Made by a program: the position numbers and the translations under genes. A stretch of 63,227 bases of DNA, filler included, from Choristocarpus tenellus KU-1152 (taxonomy: Eukaryota; Protista; Phaeophyceae): the NCBI GenBank assembly GCA_964200185.2. It is 13 parts of 13 records of this genome, joined end to end, with 100 filler letters (N's around TTAATTAATTAA, not from the genome) between each part and the next. Parts side by side here need not be neighbours in the genome. Positions count along the whole stretch, not along the records: positions 35,625 to 40,624 come from CAXNAD020012220.1; positions 40,725 to 45,887 come from CAXNAD020011655.1; positions 45,988 to 49,991 come from CAXNAD020016713.1; positions 50,092 to 57,178 come from CAXNAD020006727.1; 9 more parts are not named here. One strand, written 5' to 3'. The notes under the pieces are model-generated. The model ran no database searches. It was given only the letters and a program-made list of their open reading frames with translations, and was not told where the DNA came from. Positions 39,438 through 53,100 of the stretch are shown in pieces. Every line of letters starts with the position of its first letter. The stretch's first letter is position 1.

Positions 39438-42400
39438 GTTTGTCCTGTCCGTTTATGTTGCCATCCAACTTTTTTGGCTGGTAACAAGAGCCGCATGCAT
39501 GAAGGTCTCCTCCTCTTTGTGTGATGACTAAACCATCCCAATAGAGAGTATGCAGTAGGGGTTTTACATCATCAGTTATGAGTATTTGATGGGGAGACAT
39601 GGAAGAGATGAATGGGAAGGGATGGTGCTCCACACACTGGGTACTGTGATTGCCTTGGTTTTTTTTTTTTTGCTTGTTTTGGGTTTGCTCTTGTTTGATT
39701 CACATGGAGGCCTGCTGGAATATGCAGTCTACATGCTGATCTCGCTACTTTTATCCATCAACATGCTCATGGTAGAGATGGGGAACTTTAGGGAACAATG
39801 AACATCTTGTGAGGGTGCACAGAATACAACAGGATGGGAACAGCACTGCGGTGTAGGCAAGTAGATCGATTCATGTATGTGTGTGTATATATATATATAT
39901 TATGGGTACATCTTGCTTGTCAAGAAACGTGTGCTTGCTGCTTTTGTTTCTGTCATCCTCCTGTACAGGTCTGCATTCCATCTGCCTACATCCTTGACAA
40001 CACCCTTTTTTGCGACGGCAAAAGAGACCCACATACACTCACAATCCCTTAACAGCCCCACAAGTAGCAAGAAGCTGTTTTTCTGGCCCTTGCCTCACCC
40101 TCGTCTGTTCATCCATAGTCGTAACTACATCAGAACACTGACTATTGATGAAACTGGAGTACCTGAGGTGGCACACTCCTGGCTGGCACGGGCGTGTCTT
40201 CCTTGAGACCTCCTCTTCCTGGCGAATTCTCATTCAACAAAGCCGAGGCGTATATTCCCTCGAAATATCTATCTATCTATATCTATATATACATAGCCTC
40301 GACCTTCCAGTCTCAAGTCGTATATCCCCTGCTGTCCCTTGCCCCGCTTTTTTTTCACGTGTATCTGTCGTAACTTTTTTTTTTCTTCCAAAGCTACCAC
40401 CACTACCACTGCCACAGAGCCATCACTGCCTCCCCTCATCCCCGGCCATGTGGTCAATGTCCAAGGGCACCACAGCCAGAACCAGAACCACAGCAACAAT
40501 GGAAACATTCGCGTTGGTAACCAATCCAGTTCTCATCAGGTCGGTGGAGTGGGAGGGTCATCGCCCTCCATGGGTAGGGGAAACAGAACAGGAAGGGTGG
40601 GAAGCGGGAATAGGGGAGGGGCGGNNNNNNNNNNNNNNNNNNNNNNNNNNNNNNNNNNNNNNNNNNNNTTAATTAATTAANNNNNNNNNNNNNNNNNNNN
40701 NNNNNNNNNNNNNNNNNNNNNNNNAACCCGGCGAGATTGCTTGGTGTCTGTAGAGTGATTAATTAAACTTAGGTGGGGCATGCAAGTCCCCATAATATCA
40801 GAAATATTTCCTTTTATATGAGAAAGATTCTTCTTCAACTAATCACTAGTAAAAGGTTCTGATGTCTCAACCACTAATTGATTGTTCCGTTACTCTGTAA
40901 CTGTCCGCGTAACTGTCCGATAGAGTTGGAAGAGTCTAATCGAACAGTCGCTATTCCTGATTCCTTAAGAGCCAATGTAAACGAGAGGTACCCAGGTTTT
41001 GGTCGTTTCCCATTTTAAGCCAGTTTTTCATCTTTTGCAATTCATCCATATTTCTATGGATGAAGTGCTAAGTCTGACTTGAGAGGGTCTATATATCTGT
41101 TTGAGATTTTTCGAGAAATTTCAGAATATGTATCCTTTATATGCCTTTGTAAATAAAAGCTAAATTTTGTACATATTTGACAGCATCCTTAAAATGCAAC
41201 TCTATTTACTACTCGCTTACTTTGACTCTTAAGCGGTTGGCAAATGGAGCCCCAGACCTTACCAACGGCACTCACGAGGGAGATGTCAATGCAGACGACC
41301 TAGGGATTTCAGTCCCAAGGCAGACATCAGTACGGAGTAGAGAGATAATGGTCTGACGCCTAGACGGTCTTCGGTGTGTGAAATCTCCAAAATGTTTTGA
41401 AGGTACACCCACCTGAGCAAGGACCAACTCCTAGACATCTGAGTCGCTTGCTGTACAACCATGGATTGTGTCCTCCCTTTCTGGAATGATGAGATTGCCC
41501 CAAATATCAAGAGTAGCAAGAGGGTCTTGGTGAGAGGCTGGGACTCAATATGTGTCTGTCACATGGTTAAGTTACCGCTGTCATACAGATTTGTAGAAAA
41601 GAGTTGAAATCATTTGTGAAATTGGGTACTCTGATATCAAGGTGGGCATGTACTGACCCAGTACTTACCATTATCACATGCATTTTGTTTTGAAAATGTT
41701 AGATAATATTCCTGAGGATAACATCACTGCCCTCAACATCCCCACAGGTTCTGTCAGGAGAGTTGGAGAGGAAGGGGGTTATTGTCTGTACACACTTATT
41801 CTTTTGAATGCGTGTGTGTGCAACTAGACCTATTGTCTTGATTTGGGCAACGCTCACTTGAGCTCTCGATATTTGTAGACCGGAGTTATGTATGGAGTTG
41901 GCTGTGTCTGGTGTGGATTTTTATTCAATTGTTACAGACAACACAAGAGTACCTACTTGTAGACCATGGAAGCATCACCAACAGATCCTTTTCCTATACA
42001 AAGCACACTAGTAACTCTTGGAAGCACATGTGTTTATTACATTACACTGTATCTCCGTCACTAATGATGCTACACTCTAATATTAACGTATGTATGGGCG
42101 TAAAGATGAGGCTAACAGAAGAGCCTCTGCACCGATTTCAAGAAGAGGCTACTTACGGGACGTTGCTGCTGTCAGGGCACACATAAAGGGTGCGGCCAAC
42201 CATGATCTTGTCATTTCCACAAAAATAATTCTTGACATTCGGGAGGTCATTACATTTAAGTTTTTCTGCTGGCCACATCAGAACAGTTTGACATCCTAAA
42301 CATTGCGTTGGGCCTGTGGTAGTATGCGTCAAAGTGATTGGTTGGTATTTCTGGGGTACCAATGGGTTACTTGCACAAGGTGTGGAAGTAGTGGCACCTC

Positions 42401-43532
42401 CATGTCTGCCCAGTCATCCTTCTGTAAGTGGAATATCAAGGAAGAGGTTGTACGGGGCTAATCATGTGGTTCCATATCGCTTGTAGTTAGTGGATTCGGA
42501 TTTGTGTTGTCTAGAGTACTAAACTCTGTGGTGGCGAAAGTTGAGAACTAATTTATCCAAGGAAAATTTTGACCAGGAACAACACAAGGTGCAACTGAGC
42601 TTCTAATTGATGCACTCAGCCCATCTTGTAAAGAAATGTGAAGGGGTATGACAGCACAGCCTACAAACACTATTTCTTCCATTATATACTGTCGTGAGAG
42701 GATATCTTGGGTGATTTTTCTTCCCCATGATAGAGTCTCATATATACTCGAGTATGCGACAAGAAGTGCAGATGATGCCAGCGCAAGGCTACACAAAAAA
42801 TTAGAAAACCAGGGTTCACCTATCATGTAGCTAAACTGTTGTACAAAGTCAACTCGCTTACCTCCCAACTTCTGTCAGCTGGTTATATCACCCGTTGCCG
42901 ACCACCTCTCTTTCCAGTCCACAGCATCCTACAAAAATACATTTTTGACCTCAGTCACATACCTAACTAAGAGTAGATGTGGTCTCAACCATGCTCCATT
43001 GATATTTTTGTGTAAAGCTGAACTTTGAAAGAGAAAACAACATGAAAAGCAACCTTCTAGTCAACCAAAACAAAACAATTACTCTGAGGCGAGATGCAGT
43101 GAACCAAATCTGCCATGCCCCGGGAAGATAGCTTCTCTGCCACCCTAAACCAAACCTTCCCATTTCATCCTTCATACCAAAACAAGGAATACACTTACCA
43201 TGCCACAGTACGAATCTTCAGACCACATCTTCACTTTCCATATTCTCCTTTATCCCATCTCTCTACCTTATGCTGTACAAGAGCGGATGCCAATGTCCCT
43301 AAGAACAATGGCGAGGGGATGACTACTAAATCAGTTGTGGTACAATTCCTAAAAAAATGTTCGAATCCCCTCCCCCCCTTCACTCCCCTCCCAGCAGCCC
43401 TTCTGCAAACTATGCACAGCGAGCAGTCACTTGCACATTGAGTTTGTGTCAAGCAAACGTCTTACAAACTGCTTTACACGCGTCACTGCCCTTAACCACA
43501 ATCAACTCATTCCACACATGCATTGGTCCTCC

Positions 43533-45738
43533 TTAGCTTTCCTCACTCTCTTCTAGAAAGACATCAGGCTTCCTGAATGCAGCTGTAACTGTCCACCTCT
43601 CTCGACAAAAAGGACATTGTTGGCCTTGCATGCTGACTTTGCTGTAGATGATGCAGATGATGGATCAATTGGGGGAAAACAGGTGAGGATATTGCTCAAC
43701 ACAGGCTAGGAACATGGGTGACAGGGTGCAAGAAAGTGTAGGTCAATTTCAGCGGAGAGTGCTCAGGACTAAGCTTATCAGAATATGCCGAAGTATGTGC
43801 TTGGAATCCAAAACTCATTTTGCTCGTTTGAATTTTGACAAATCTCAAGGCTAAAACGTACCCCATGGTACATAGGGCAACACCAGAAGCTATGAAGATA
43901 AAACCATATCACATCGAGAATTCTATCGAATGCTCATGAGGGTGCACCTACCAGACAGAGCACAGCATATGACCACATGGCACCAGGATGGTGTCCACAC
44001 TTCTGGTCACGCATATTGAGCAGATGTAGGCCTCATCGATTTTTTTTAGCTTCAGCTCAAGGGCCTCAGTTTTATGCCTAGCAACTCCAAGGTTGGCCTG
44101 TGCTCGCGTAACCTCCTCTGGGAAGATGAGAAACAAAGCAAGGAGGTAGGGTAACAGAGACGCATGGGAAGCACAGTACAACACAGTGGGAGGCGCTTGA
44201 GTTAGCAACAAAATTAAATTTATACAGAGGATTCAATAAGGAGGTGAACCGTTGCCAGTTCACATATTCTCAAGACTTCGAACTTCAAACATGATACGAC
44301 CCCCAGATCTTCCTCCAAATCCAACCCACAAAACTGTCGAGTGTACCAAATCACCAACAAAAAGAAACCTCTTCCACTCTGACACTTCATGTACCTCTCA
44401 GGAGCAGATTCTGAGCAAGGTGGTCCTCTTGATCCGCAGACAGCGATAGGTCTGCACGGGCAAGGATGTCCCCCACTGCCTCCAAGAGCTTCTCTGTGCC
44501 TATCCCACCTGATGGCCCCTCCACTCGCCCTTGACTGTGCTCGGGTTCCACCTTCTCTTGTTCAGTTCTGCCTCTCTTATTGAGGTGCCACAGGAGAAAG
44601 GACGTGTGGGACTTGAGCCCCCTCCGATTTTCACCTGACCCAAATCCCCCTGCACGTGCTTGCCGGAAAGAGTAGACCTTAATTGGTTGAGCCCAGAGGG
44701 GAGGGAGGATGAGAATGACGAGAAGTTAAATCTGATGCACGGGTATGGTATGGGAGGGAAGGGACATAATACCAAAAGAAAACACACGCAAGGAGGGACA
44801 CAAACAACTCAACGAGTTGTTGATTTCATCTACAGGAGACAGGGAGTGCACAACCAAGATAGTTAAGGGATTTAAGGGGAAGGGGAAAGATGAAGCAATT
44901 CTCCCACAAGAAAATAGTGTGGTATGTGAGATTTGTCGAGAAGGTAGTTAAGGGATCAAGAGGGCGATTTATCTCTCATGGATACAAGGTACGGCACGAT
45001 AGCTTCATTCACCTCTCAATCTCAAGGGGGCAGTTATGGCATCCTGAACCAGGACCAAATTAAGAGTGGGTAAGAACACGTATCGATATGTATATGCATC
45101 ATACTCTTGATGAAGGTGGGATGGGAGGAGTCAACCTCACAGTTACCAAATCATAGCGAGGTGGGCTGGAATGGGTTATTGCAAACATTCATGCACATAC
45201 AGACAGCACAAGGATTCAACCTCTTAAGGCACATAAAAAACCTCATCCAAACACAACCAACGAGGAATTTCTACATTGTTGAGAACAAAAACATATCAAG
45301 CCCTTGGAAGTCTACCCCCCACTTCCCTACAAGCAAAAATTGATGTCACAACACCAAAACACACAACACTGACTTATCCAGATCGGCACTCCTCAGTCAA
45401 CCTCCCTCAACACTTTGGTCTCTCTTCAGACAAACTACCCGTTCTAACCAACTCACCTGCGAGGACATGAGTGAGTCAACACGGCCTGGAGTCAGTCTCA
45501 CCCTGACCCACCTCAACAAACCCCTCTCCCTATCCTCCATCCCCAGCCCCCCAACCCTCCTGCCAGCCTCCTCAACCTGGGCCGCAACACCCTTGCCCAT
45601 ATCAGACCATCCCTCACTCCCCTCCCCAACTGGGTCAAGGGTTCCACCCACAACAACTCCATATCGATATTGTCGTGTGCTTGGCCTGCCATCTTCCCCT
45701 GGGCCTCCCAATCGTTCAGTGTCCTCCCACGCTACGAC
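43533..45738 (-). CDS. Sacsin-like protein, C-terminal part with C3HC4 RING finger
   Basis: Phase-consistent exons 45738-45457 (VVAW...YRYGVV...VRLTPGRVDSLMSSQ), 44677-44395 (VYSFR...LLEAVGDILARADLSL), 44117-43952 (CSICVTRSVDTILVPCGHMLCSVC) and 43641-43533 (CPFCR...stop). This matches the motif order I recall for plant sacsin-like C-termini. Confidence 0.8.
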
Positions 45739-45846
45739 CTTTCCGAGGCATTACCAAATGGTGAAGAAAGACAAGAATTATATTGCGAACAACAAACTTC
45801 TCCATACATTACAAATGAAACTGTGCACGGGTGTGAGAATGTGTCC

Positions 45847-45887
45847 TGGGGGGAAGGGGAAGGGGAAGGGGAAGGGGAAGGGGAAGG
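45847..45887. repeat. (GGGGAA)n repeat at contig end
   Basis: Tandem hexamers directly visible. Confidence 0.9.
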
Positions 45888-46803
45888 NNNNNNNNNNNNN
45901 NNNNNNNNNNNNNNNNNNNNNNNNNNNNNNNTTAATTAATTAANNNNNNNNNNNNNNNNNNNNNNNNNNNNNNNNNNNNNNNNNNNNGCTATTCGCCCGT
46001 AACATGCCCCCCAGCGTGAACTAGCAATACATGTTTCACGCGTACCACAGGCGATTTTCACCGGTGAAGGTAATAGATATCTTCAATCACCTCAGATCAT
46101 CCCGTGGCAAGGAGAAAGAAAGAAGAAAAAAAATGACCAAACTCCTCCTAGGCCCAAAACATTTATCAGTATCAACTTGGAGAAATCTGTCTGCAACTAG
46201 CCTAATCGGAGTATACATTTACTCCTTCTAAAGTATAGCTGCCCTAGGGTGCCAAGTATCATCTAAATATTGCCTGTCTCTTGCCCCCCAAGCACGAAAC
46301 ATAATGACGGCTGCTAGTGCGTAAAACAGGAAATAACATCAACATCAGCAATAATAAAAATAGAAAAAATGCAAGATAGAACAAAAAAACAAGGAATTAA
46401 GGGGATCAGGTACCTGTTCGGATAAAGAGTAGAAGAAAAAAAAAGTTAAACAAGGGATCGATTATTAATGGAAAAAATACAAAAATAAAACGAAAGAATG
46501 AGATAAACTAAAAGGGGGGAAAAAATCCATGGAAAAAAGTGGGTCGGGTACCTGATGTACACAGAAAAAAAATCAAAAACACAAAATGATAATAAAAAAC
46601 GAATCAAGACATCTTACATAAATTACTATCGGTTCTGATGTCGGTTACTTCATGGTTCGAACTTCTGCTATCCCATGTTCCATGCAAGGACTACCTGTTT
46701 CATGCTTACCACAGGCAATAATCATTATCTGGATAGTAAATATCCATCACCTTAGATCATGCTGCGGTGGCATGCATAATTGCCCTTTGGTAACATAGGG
46801 GCT

Positions 46804-46888
46804 TCAGTTCCAACTCTGCCAGTTGTTTCCAACACAGGGACTCCAGTTCCGACTCTGCCAGTTGTCTCCAACATGGGGACTCCAGTTC
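46804..46888. repeat. 39-bp tandem repeat, ~2.2 units
   Basis: CAGTTCCAACTCTGCCAGTTGTTTCCAACACAGGGACTC followed by CAGTTCCGACTCTGCCAGTTGTCTCCAACATGGGGACTC and then CAGTTC. Confidence 0.85.
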
Positions 46889-47490
46889 TAAATTAACCCA
46901 TGAATTCCAACAATGATCTACAATCCCCTCGTTTCCTCTGAGAACGGATCCTCAAAAGTCGTAAGGCACAGTCAAGACCAATATATGCCTGACCAGATAA
47001 GAGTATATACATTTATCAAAAGAAATATATAACTCCAACTAGCCCCAAAACAGGTCAACAAATATCCTTGTCTAACCTGGGAAAATTTCCCAAGGGTCAC
47101 AGAATACCATCAGATTCAGATTGCCCCTGGCCTAGTCCGAGAGTATACATTATTTGCTCTTTCTGAAACACACCTTCAAAATTTACAAAGTATGTATCTC
47201 TGACATAGCCTAAAATGAATGGGTCCCCACTTCCAATCACTCTAATCACAAATGTGATTATTTATCCACGTTCTCTTCAAGGTGTCCATAAGGTCACACA
47301 ATACAATCTGCGTTAAATTGTCTGGCCTAATCCGAGTATACACTTGTTTCTTTTGAACTGGACCTTCAAAAAAAGTTACAAAATACATAGCTCTGATTGG
47401 GCATACAACTCATGCGTCTTTCATTCCAATCTTCCCGGTTATATAAATGCAAGTGCTATCGGGGATTAGACTTATATTATTCATGACCTA

Positions 47491-47857
47491 CAACAGTATG
47501 TTCGTGAGATCAGGAATGGATTATGAGATAAGGAACGAGAAATATTTTGAAACCATCCTGCAGGCCGCCGATCAATTTCAGTGTGAAAGATTTCAAATGG
47601 CCAGATTCTTGAAGTTGCCGGTTTTTTGGAGTGAACGCTTGCGAACACAAGAGGGAGAGCTCATCGATATTTTCCTGAAAAAGCTTTCAAATTACGAAAA
47701 TTTGTAAGCTGTTACTTTTGGAGTGAGATATGCTTTTGTTAATCAGGCCATTTGAAAGCCTTCACACTGAAATTGATCGGCGGCCTGCAGAATGGTTTCG
47801 AAATATTTCTCATTCCTTATCTCATAATCCGTTCCTGATCTCACGAACATTCTGTTC
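47491..47857. mobile_element. 367-bp foldback MITE with ~115-bp terminal inverted repeats and TA flanks (Tc1/mariner-Stowaway-like)
   Basis: Left arm 47491-~47607 is a near-perfect reverse complement of right arm ~47741-47857. TA lies at 47489-47490 and 47858-47859. Confidence 0.88.
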
Positions 47858-49236
47858 TACACAGCATCTGCTTATTGCCTGTCCTATGCCCCCCAAGCAC
47901 AAAGCATAATCAAGGCTGCTAGTGCGCAAAACAGGCAATGACAAAAATGAAGATAAATAAATAAAGAAGGGCCAAAAAGTGCTAATAATAAATATAGGGA
48001 AACGAAATAAAATAAAAATAAAACTGAAAATAGATGGAAAATAAAAAGAACAATATGTGGATGGTGAGGGTAACAAAGTGGAAACTGAATTAAAAATTAA
48101 ATAAACTACAAGGAAGAACAAAAAAGGAAGAAAAAAAAGAGATAAATGTTAGTAAATAAGGAGAGTAACAACTATGAAAAAATAAAAAATCAGGGGATGA
48201 TGGGATGAGAACTAAAAATAAATTAACATTAGGAAAACAGAAGTGAGATATAGAAGATATAAAAAAAGAGAATTCAAGATCACAGAGAGTTGTTACAACA
48301 TAGAAAAGAGGAACATAAATAAATAAAAATAAAAAGTAGTGAGATCAGTGTTTATATTTTCTAAGGACTTCAGCCTATACAACCGATGTATATTAATGTG
48401 TGCTCTAATATGGGCAACTTCATTTTAACTTGTGCTATCTCGCATTCCTTTCAGTGGCTACGAATTTCTCTGCTTTAATCTCTTGTTCTAGCATGTACCG
48501 GCTGAACCTCACCTTGTCCTTTAGACATACAGTTGTAACCGGCTGAGGGGTTTTCTGGAGGAGGCACTCATCTCTCCTGCTGAATTCCCCCTTACCTCGA
48601 TTCTTCAACCGTACCCCTCAGTAGAGTAACTTGAACTCAAAACCTGGACCCTGTGTCCTACCTGTCTCTTCCGCTTTCATCCTTCCACAATGTTTGACAA
48701 TAGTACCAATAGGGAAGAGATGTAACACATCCTATCGGGGCAAGGGTTGTTCTTGGGTGGGAAAGTCAGTTGGGCATGATCTTGTGCTAGGGTTGTGAAG
48801 GTCCTAGAAGAAGGCATGATAAACATATAACTGTAGTAAGGCAAAGCTGTTCAAGATCCTTCCATTACCCGCAGCTTCTCGGCAAAGCAGACCATGAAGA
48901 GGGCACGATCCCCCTTATTATAAAAGTACAGTCACACATCATGTTGACATGCACTGAAACAGTATGGGCACCTCGGGCCTGATGACCTGGTTGGTGCCAG
49001 TGTACTCCCCAACATACAAAACGCTCCCAAGTATTTCCGCTGGGTGTAGATAGATACATATATATATACACAACCTACGAAAAACAACTTCCTGTTAAAA
49101 AATAACAACACTGAACATCGTAGGACTTTGAACAGTTTCCTCTTGCAGATGTATCTCCACCACGACCAGAAAAAACAAACATAACAAATAAAAAAGGTAA
49201 CTGATTATTCCACTCTCCAAAACCCCGTAGAATCAC

Positions 49237-49440
49237 CTCATCCGCCCTTGCCTCCACTGATGCCAGTCTCCCTCCAAAGCCCTGGCTGCTGGCGGCCACG
49301 ACTGCTCTCTCTCTCCCTTCTGTCTCTGTCTTCGCCCTCTCTGAATTACACAAGCACGCCTCCAAAGATACCAGAGCACTCTTTGCTGCAGAGAGTTGAT
49401 CTTTGAGACTCATCACTTCCTGTTTCAAAGACTTGCTCGC
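49237..49440 (-). CDS. Internal exon of a coiled-coil protein
   Basis: CAG acceptor and GTGA donor enclose a 68-codon frame, ASKSLKQEVMSLKDQLSAAKSALVSLE...LASVEARADE, with heptad-like periodicity. Confidence 0.55.
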
Positions 49441-50224
49441 CTGCCAAGGGTTGGGAAGGACCACCACATAAGCTAAACAAAAAGATGTACTGTGATATGG
49501 TGTGTGTGTGTGTGTGTGTGTGGAGGAGACAGTATGTTTATATGAACACGTCCCTTTACCAGTAACACCACTATCTTAGACTGACGTCCACAAACCTCAA
49601 ACGCACTTCGTATGGTACAAGGGAAAGAACACGCCTGCTTGGAAGGAAGAGCATTTTATTCCCAATACTTGAGCGGTCTTTCTGTCTGTTATCAAGCCAA
49701 TTCATATCCTTGGATGGACTCAATGGCAGGGCATACATATATATATATATATTCAAACTCACTTGGCCACTGTCGGCAATGTGGTGACAATGAGACAGGA
49801 AATGGTATTGACTCTTGTAGGGCCTTTGTATGAAGTGAGCTCAAGCCCAATTTGTGCAGGCAATGGAGATTGAAAGGCATTGGGTTAGGATGGAAGGGGG
49901 GGGTGGAGGAGGGGGGGGGAACAATTCGAGATATAGGGCAAGTACGATGTTGAATGGTGGATATCTTGATGCATCTCCTTGGCAGAACACANNNNNNNNN
50001 NNNNNNNNNNNNNNNNNNNNNNNNNNNNNNNNNNNTTAATTAATTAANNNNNNNNNNNNNNNNNNNNNNNNNNNNNNNNNNNNNNNNNNNNATCGAAGTT
50101 GATGCCTGTACATGCCGTGCTGCAATCATGTCCCCATCAACGACCCCCTTCATCCCCATACCCGTGTCCCCTCCCCACAAAATTCTCTATAAACATGGCT
50201 GGCAATGGTATTGGTGCTCACAAG

Positions 50225-52045
50225 ACTGGATGACAACTGTGCCTGCGTAGTGGCTGGTCTAACGGCTGATGCCAACCTCCTTATCAACGAGGCAAGGGTT
50301 GCTGCACAGCGATACCTCTACATGTACCAGGAGCATATTCCAGTGGAACAGCTGGTTCGAACAGTGTGTAACTACAAGCAGGTGACTATGCTCTTGTTGG
50401 GTTGACTTAGTGAGCCTTTGGGTGAGGTCTGGGTTGTTGGTGGGTAGGTAGTGTCTTGGGCTGCTTGTACCCACTGTGGGCAGTAGGTAAGGTTGGCATC
50501 AATGTAAGACTGTTGGTGGTCTCAAAGCTTTTATTGCAGTTTTGTGTATACCGATCACGATCCTGAGGACACTCAAGACAAGGGTCCTTTAGGAAGCAAG
50601 GTGCCCTTTCCCCTGTATCCCCTCCTTCTCCCCACTCTCAACCTGGCCTTCCTGGTGTGTTTTTCCTTCCTGTGCCCCTACCGCAGGGATACACACAGTT
50701 TGGGGGCTTACGTCCATTCGGCGTCTCCTTTTTGTTCACAGGCTGGGATGAGCACTTTGGTTTCCAGCTCTACCAAAGCGATCCCAGTGGGAATTATGGG
50801 GGCTGGAAAGCCACATCGATTGGGGCTAACAACCAGGTGATGAGCAAGAAGGGGTCAGAGGATAGGCTTCGAGTGTCGTAAAACCTTGAAGGTAAATGTA
50901 TGGGGAAAGAGGGAGATACGATGTGAAAGGTTTGTTGATACCTATGCATAGAGGTGTGGTTTGTTGGCTATTTGTGCCGGATTCACGTTTGTTTTTGGGT
51001 GTTTTTCTTGGTGATTTATGGTTCAGACAGGCGTACTGATTCATCATTTATCCCCTGTGCACCACATTAAAGCTCAAGCTTGTTCTTGTTTGTATTTTGC
51101 TTTATATTGCAGCATTGTTTGTCGTTGTGCTAGAGCTCATGTACTATGATTACCTTGAGGTGGAGATCAAGGCCAGTCTTTGCCAGAATAGTGAAGGTGT
51201 CCGGTTCTGTGTGTTGCCTTTGCACCTACAGGCAGGCAAGTCGTTGATGAAAACCGACTACCAAGAGGGGTCCAGCATGGAGGAGTGCTTGCGCTTGGCA
51301 GTAAAGGTGCTCAATAAGACCATGGACAGCACCTCCCCCACTCCAGAGAAGATGGAGTTCACCACTATCTCACGTGAAAATTGCAAGGTGTGTATTTGCT
51401 CCATTACAACGGTTGTGTTGATAGTTGATTGTGATTGATGTTTGTCAGGATGGATTTTCATTTTGGGTGCAATGTAGGACTGTTTTCATATTGTTCTCAA
51501 ATTGCCTCCACCTTTTGCCTCGATATAACCTTCTGTAGAATTGATGTGAGCTCATGCTAGGCTTCCTCTGTAAAAATGGCAACCTGTAACTACCTGGAAC
51601 ATTGTAGGCTTAGGTGTGTTGTGGTTGTGCTGTTTTGCATCGTTGGATGTGTTCGTTGTTGCAACCTTTTCTGCACATTAACATTCCAAAGTGGGTAGTA
51701 TCATTTCAGTTGAGGAGATTGGTTGCGGGAGATAATCCCCGCTTTGTTCAGGTCACATTTCTCATCCCGGCATCCAATGTATAGTATTGTACTCTACTTT
51801 ATTATTCCAACCTGGAAAGGTCCTGGAATGAGTTCTACTTGTCTTGCTTCCTATCTTTACTAGTGGTTGGATGTGACAACAGTTGTACCTTCTTTTGAAT
51901 CCATCAGTTGTGGATTTTTCTGAAACTCTACCCAACATACTGAAACCCAAATGGGTAGGTGGTGCACAAGATTCTGTCAGATGAGGAGACAGCCAAGCTG
52001 CTCAAGGAGGTAGAGGCAGAGACTGCTACAGGAGGGGATGTGTAG
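50225..52045 (+). CDS. PSMA4: 20S proteasome subunit alpha-3 (alpha type-4), 3' exons
   Basis: Exons 50225-50381 ([16 protein letters not shown]), 50687-50836 ([16 protein letters not shown]...[23 protein letters not shown]), 51232-51387 ([12 protein letters not shown]) and 51959-52045 (stop). Confidence 0.96.
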
Positions 52046-53100
52046 ACCCATTTGTGGGAGGATTTTATATATTTAGGAAAACATTTTCCCACGTGGTTGA
52101 CACAGCTCTTGGGTTGGCTGTTCACGCAGGCCTCCTACTATTTGTGCATTGGAAGGCTGGTCGTATCTTCATGGCAGAGAGTTGTAATCCGTGGGTGGGG
52201 CAATGTTGGAAGTACTTAGTGGTTGTACTTGAAGTGGACCTGAATGTTGAGATTCATTCTGATTAGTTCGGATTTTGCCATCTCTTGCAAACAGTTGGAA
52301 ATGGTAGCCTGTTTCACATATTACAGATACTGCCGTTCCGTGTGGTGGTAATACTTAAAGATATTCAACAAGCAAGTTGCTGTGGTCATGTGCTTTTGTG
52401 TGAAAAAGAAAATAAAGGACAGGCGTGACAGGCTCTGTGTGGTCAGGTAGATCATTATGATATCATGCCCTACAGTCATGGACATGGATTTGTCATGGTT
52501 GCCTATTTGGCAGGAATGAGCAGCTGAGTATGGATAGGTTTATTTCTTGAGAAAATGTGTTTCCTTGCCTGACAACTGGTATAATCCATTTTAGAGAAGG
52601 GAAAGCTATCTGAAATTATAATAAAAAGAGGGGTATCATGGAGGTTAAGGGGTGTGTCCATTTGTTTGTCTTGATGTGACAGTGGTTCCCCTATCTTTAG
52701 TGTTTATAATGTTTTCGGATCATGTGGATAACTGCTTAATCTGTGCTTGACTTCCCTTGGATCTTCCAGGCATGCACCAGTGTGCTACATCTTCCAACTG
52801 TTATCACTGTATCTTGATGCACCCATGAAGTCTCATGTTTGTATGAGATCGGACATTTGTTCACTATTGGTGGTGTCCTATCATATGGTTTAAAGTGGTA
52901 CAGTTCTATTGTCTTGAAGGGCCAAGGTAGATCATCAACCACAGCAGAAAGTGTTCTGCAAGGTACAGATCCTCTCTAATGATGGTTTTAAGCTCTTTAA
53001 CGGTGGTATACTTCACTACAAATCCCTACCGTCGTATCACCACCTCAACCTATATGCGCCAAACAGGCGGCGATGAGTATGACTTGACTTTCTAAATCTT

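Noticed and set aside
40725-43000. Scattered short ORFs downstream of the sacsin-like gene
   Set aside because: No motifs or consistent splice model; possibly old repeat debris.
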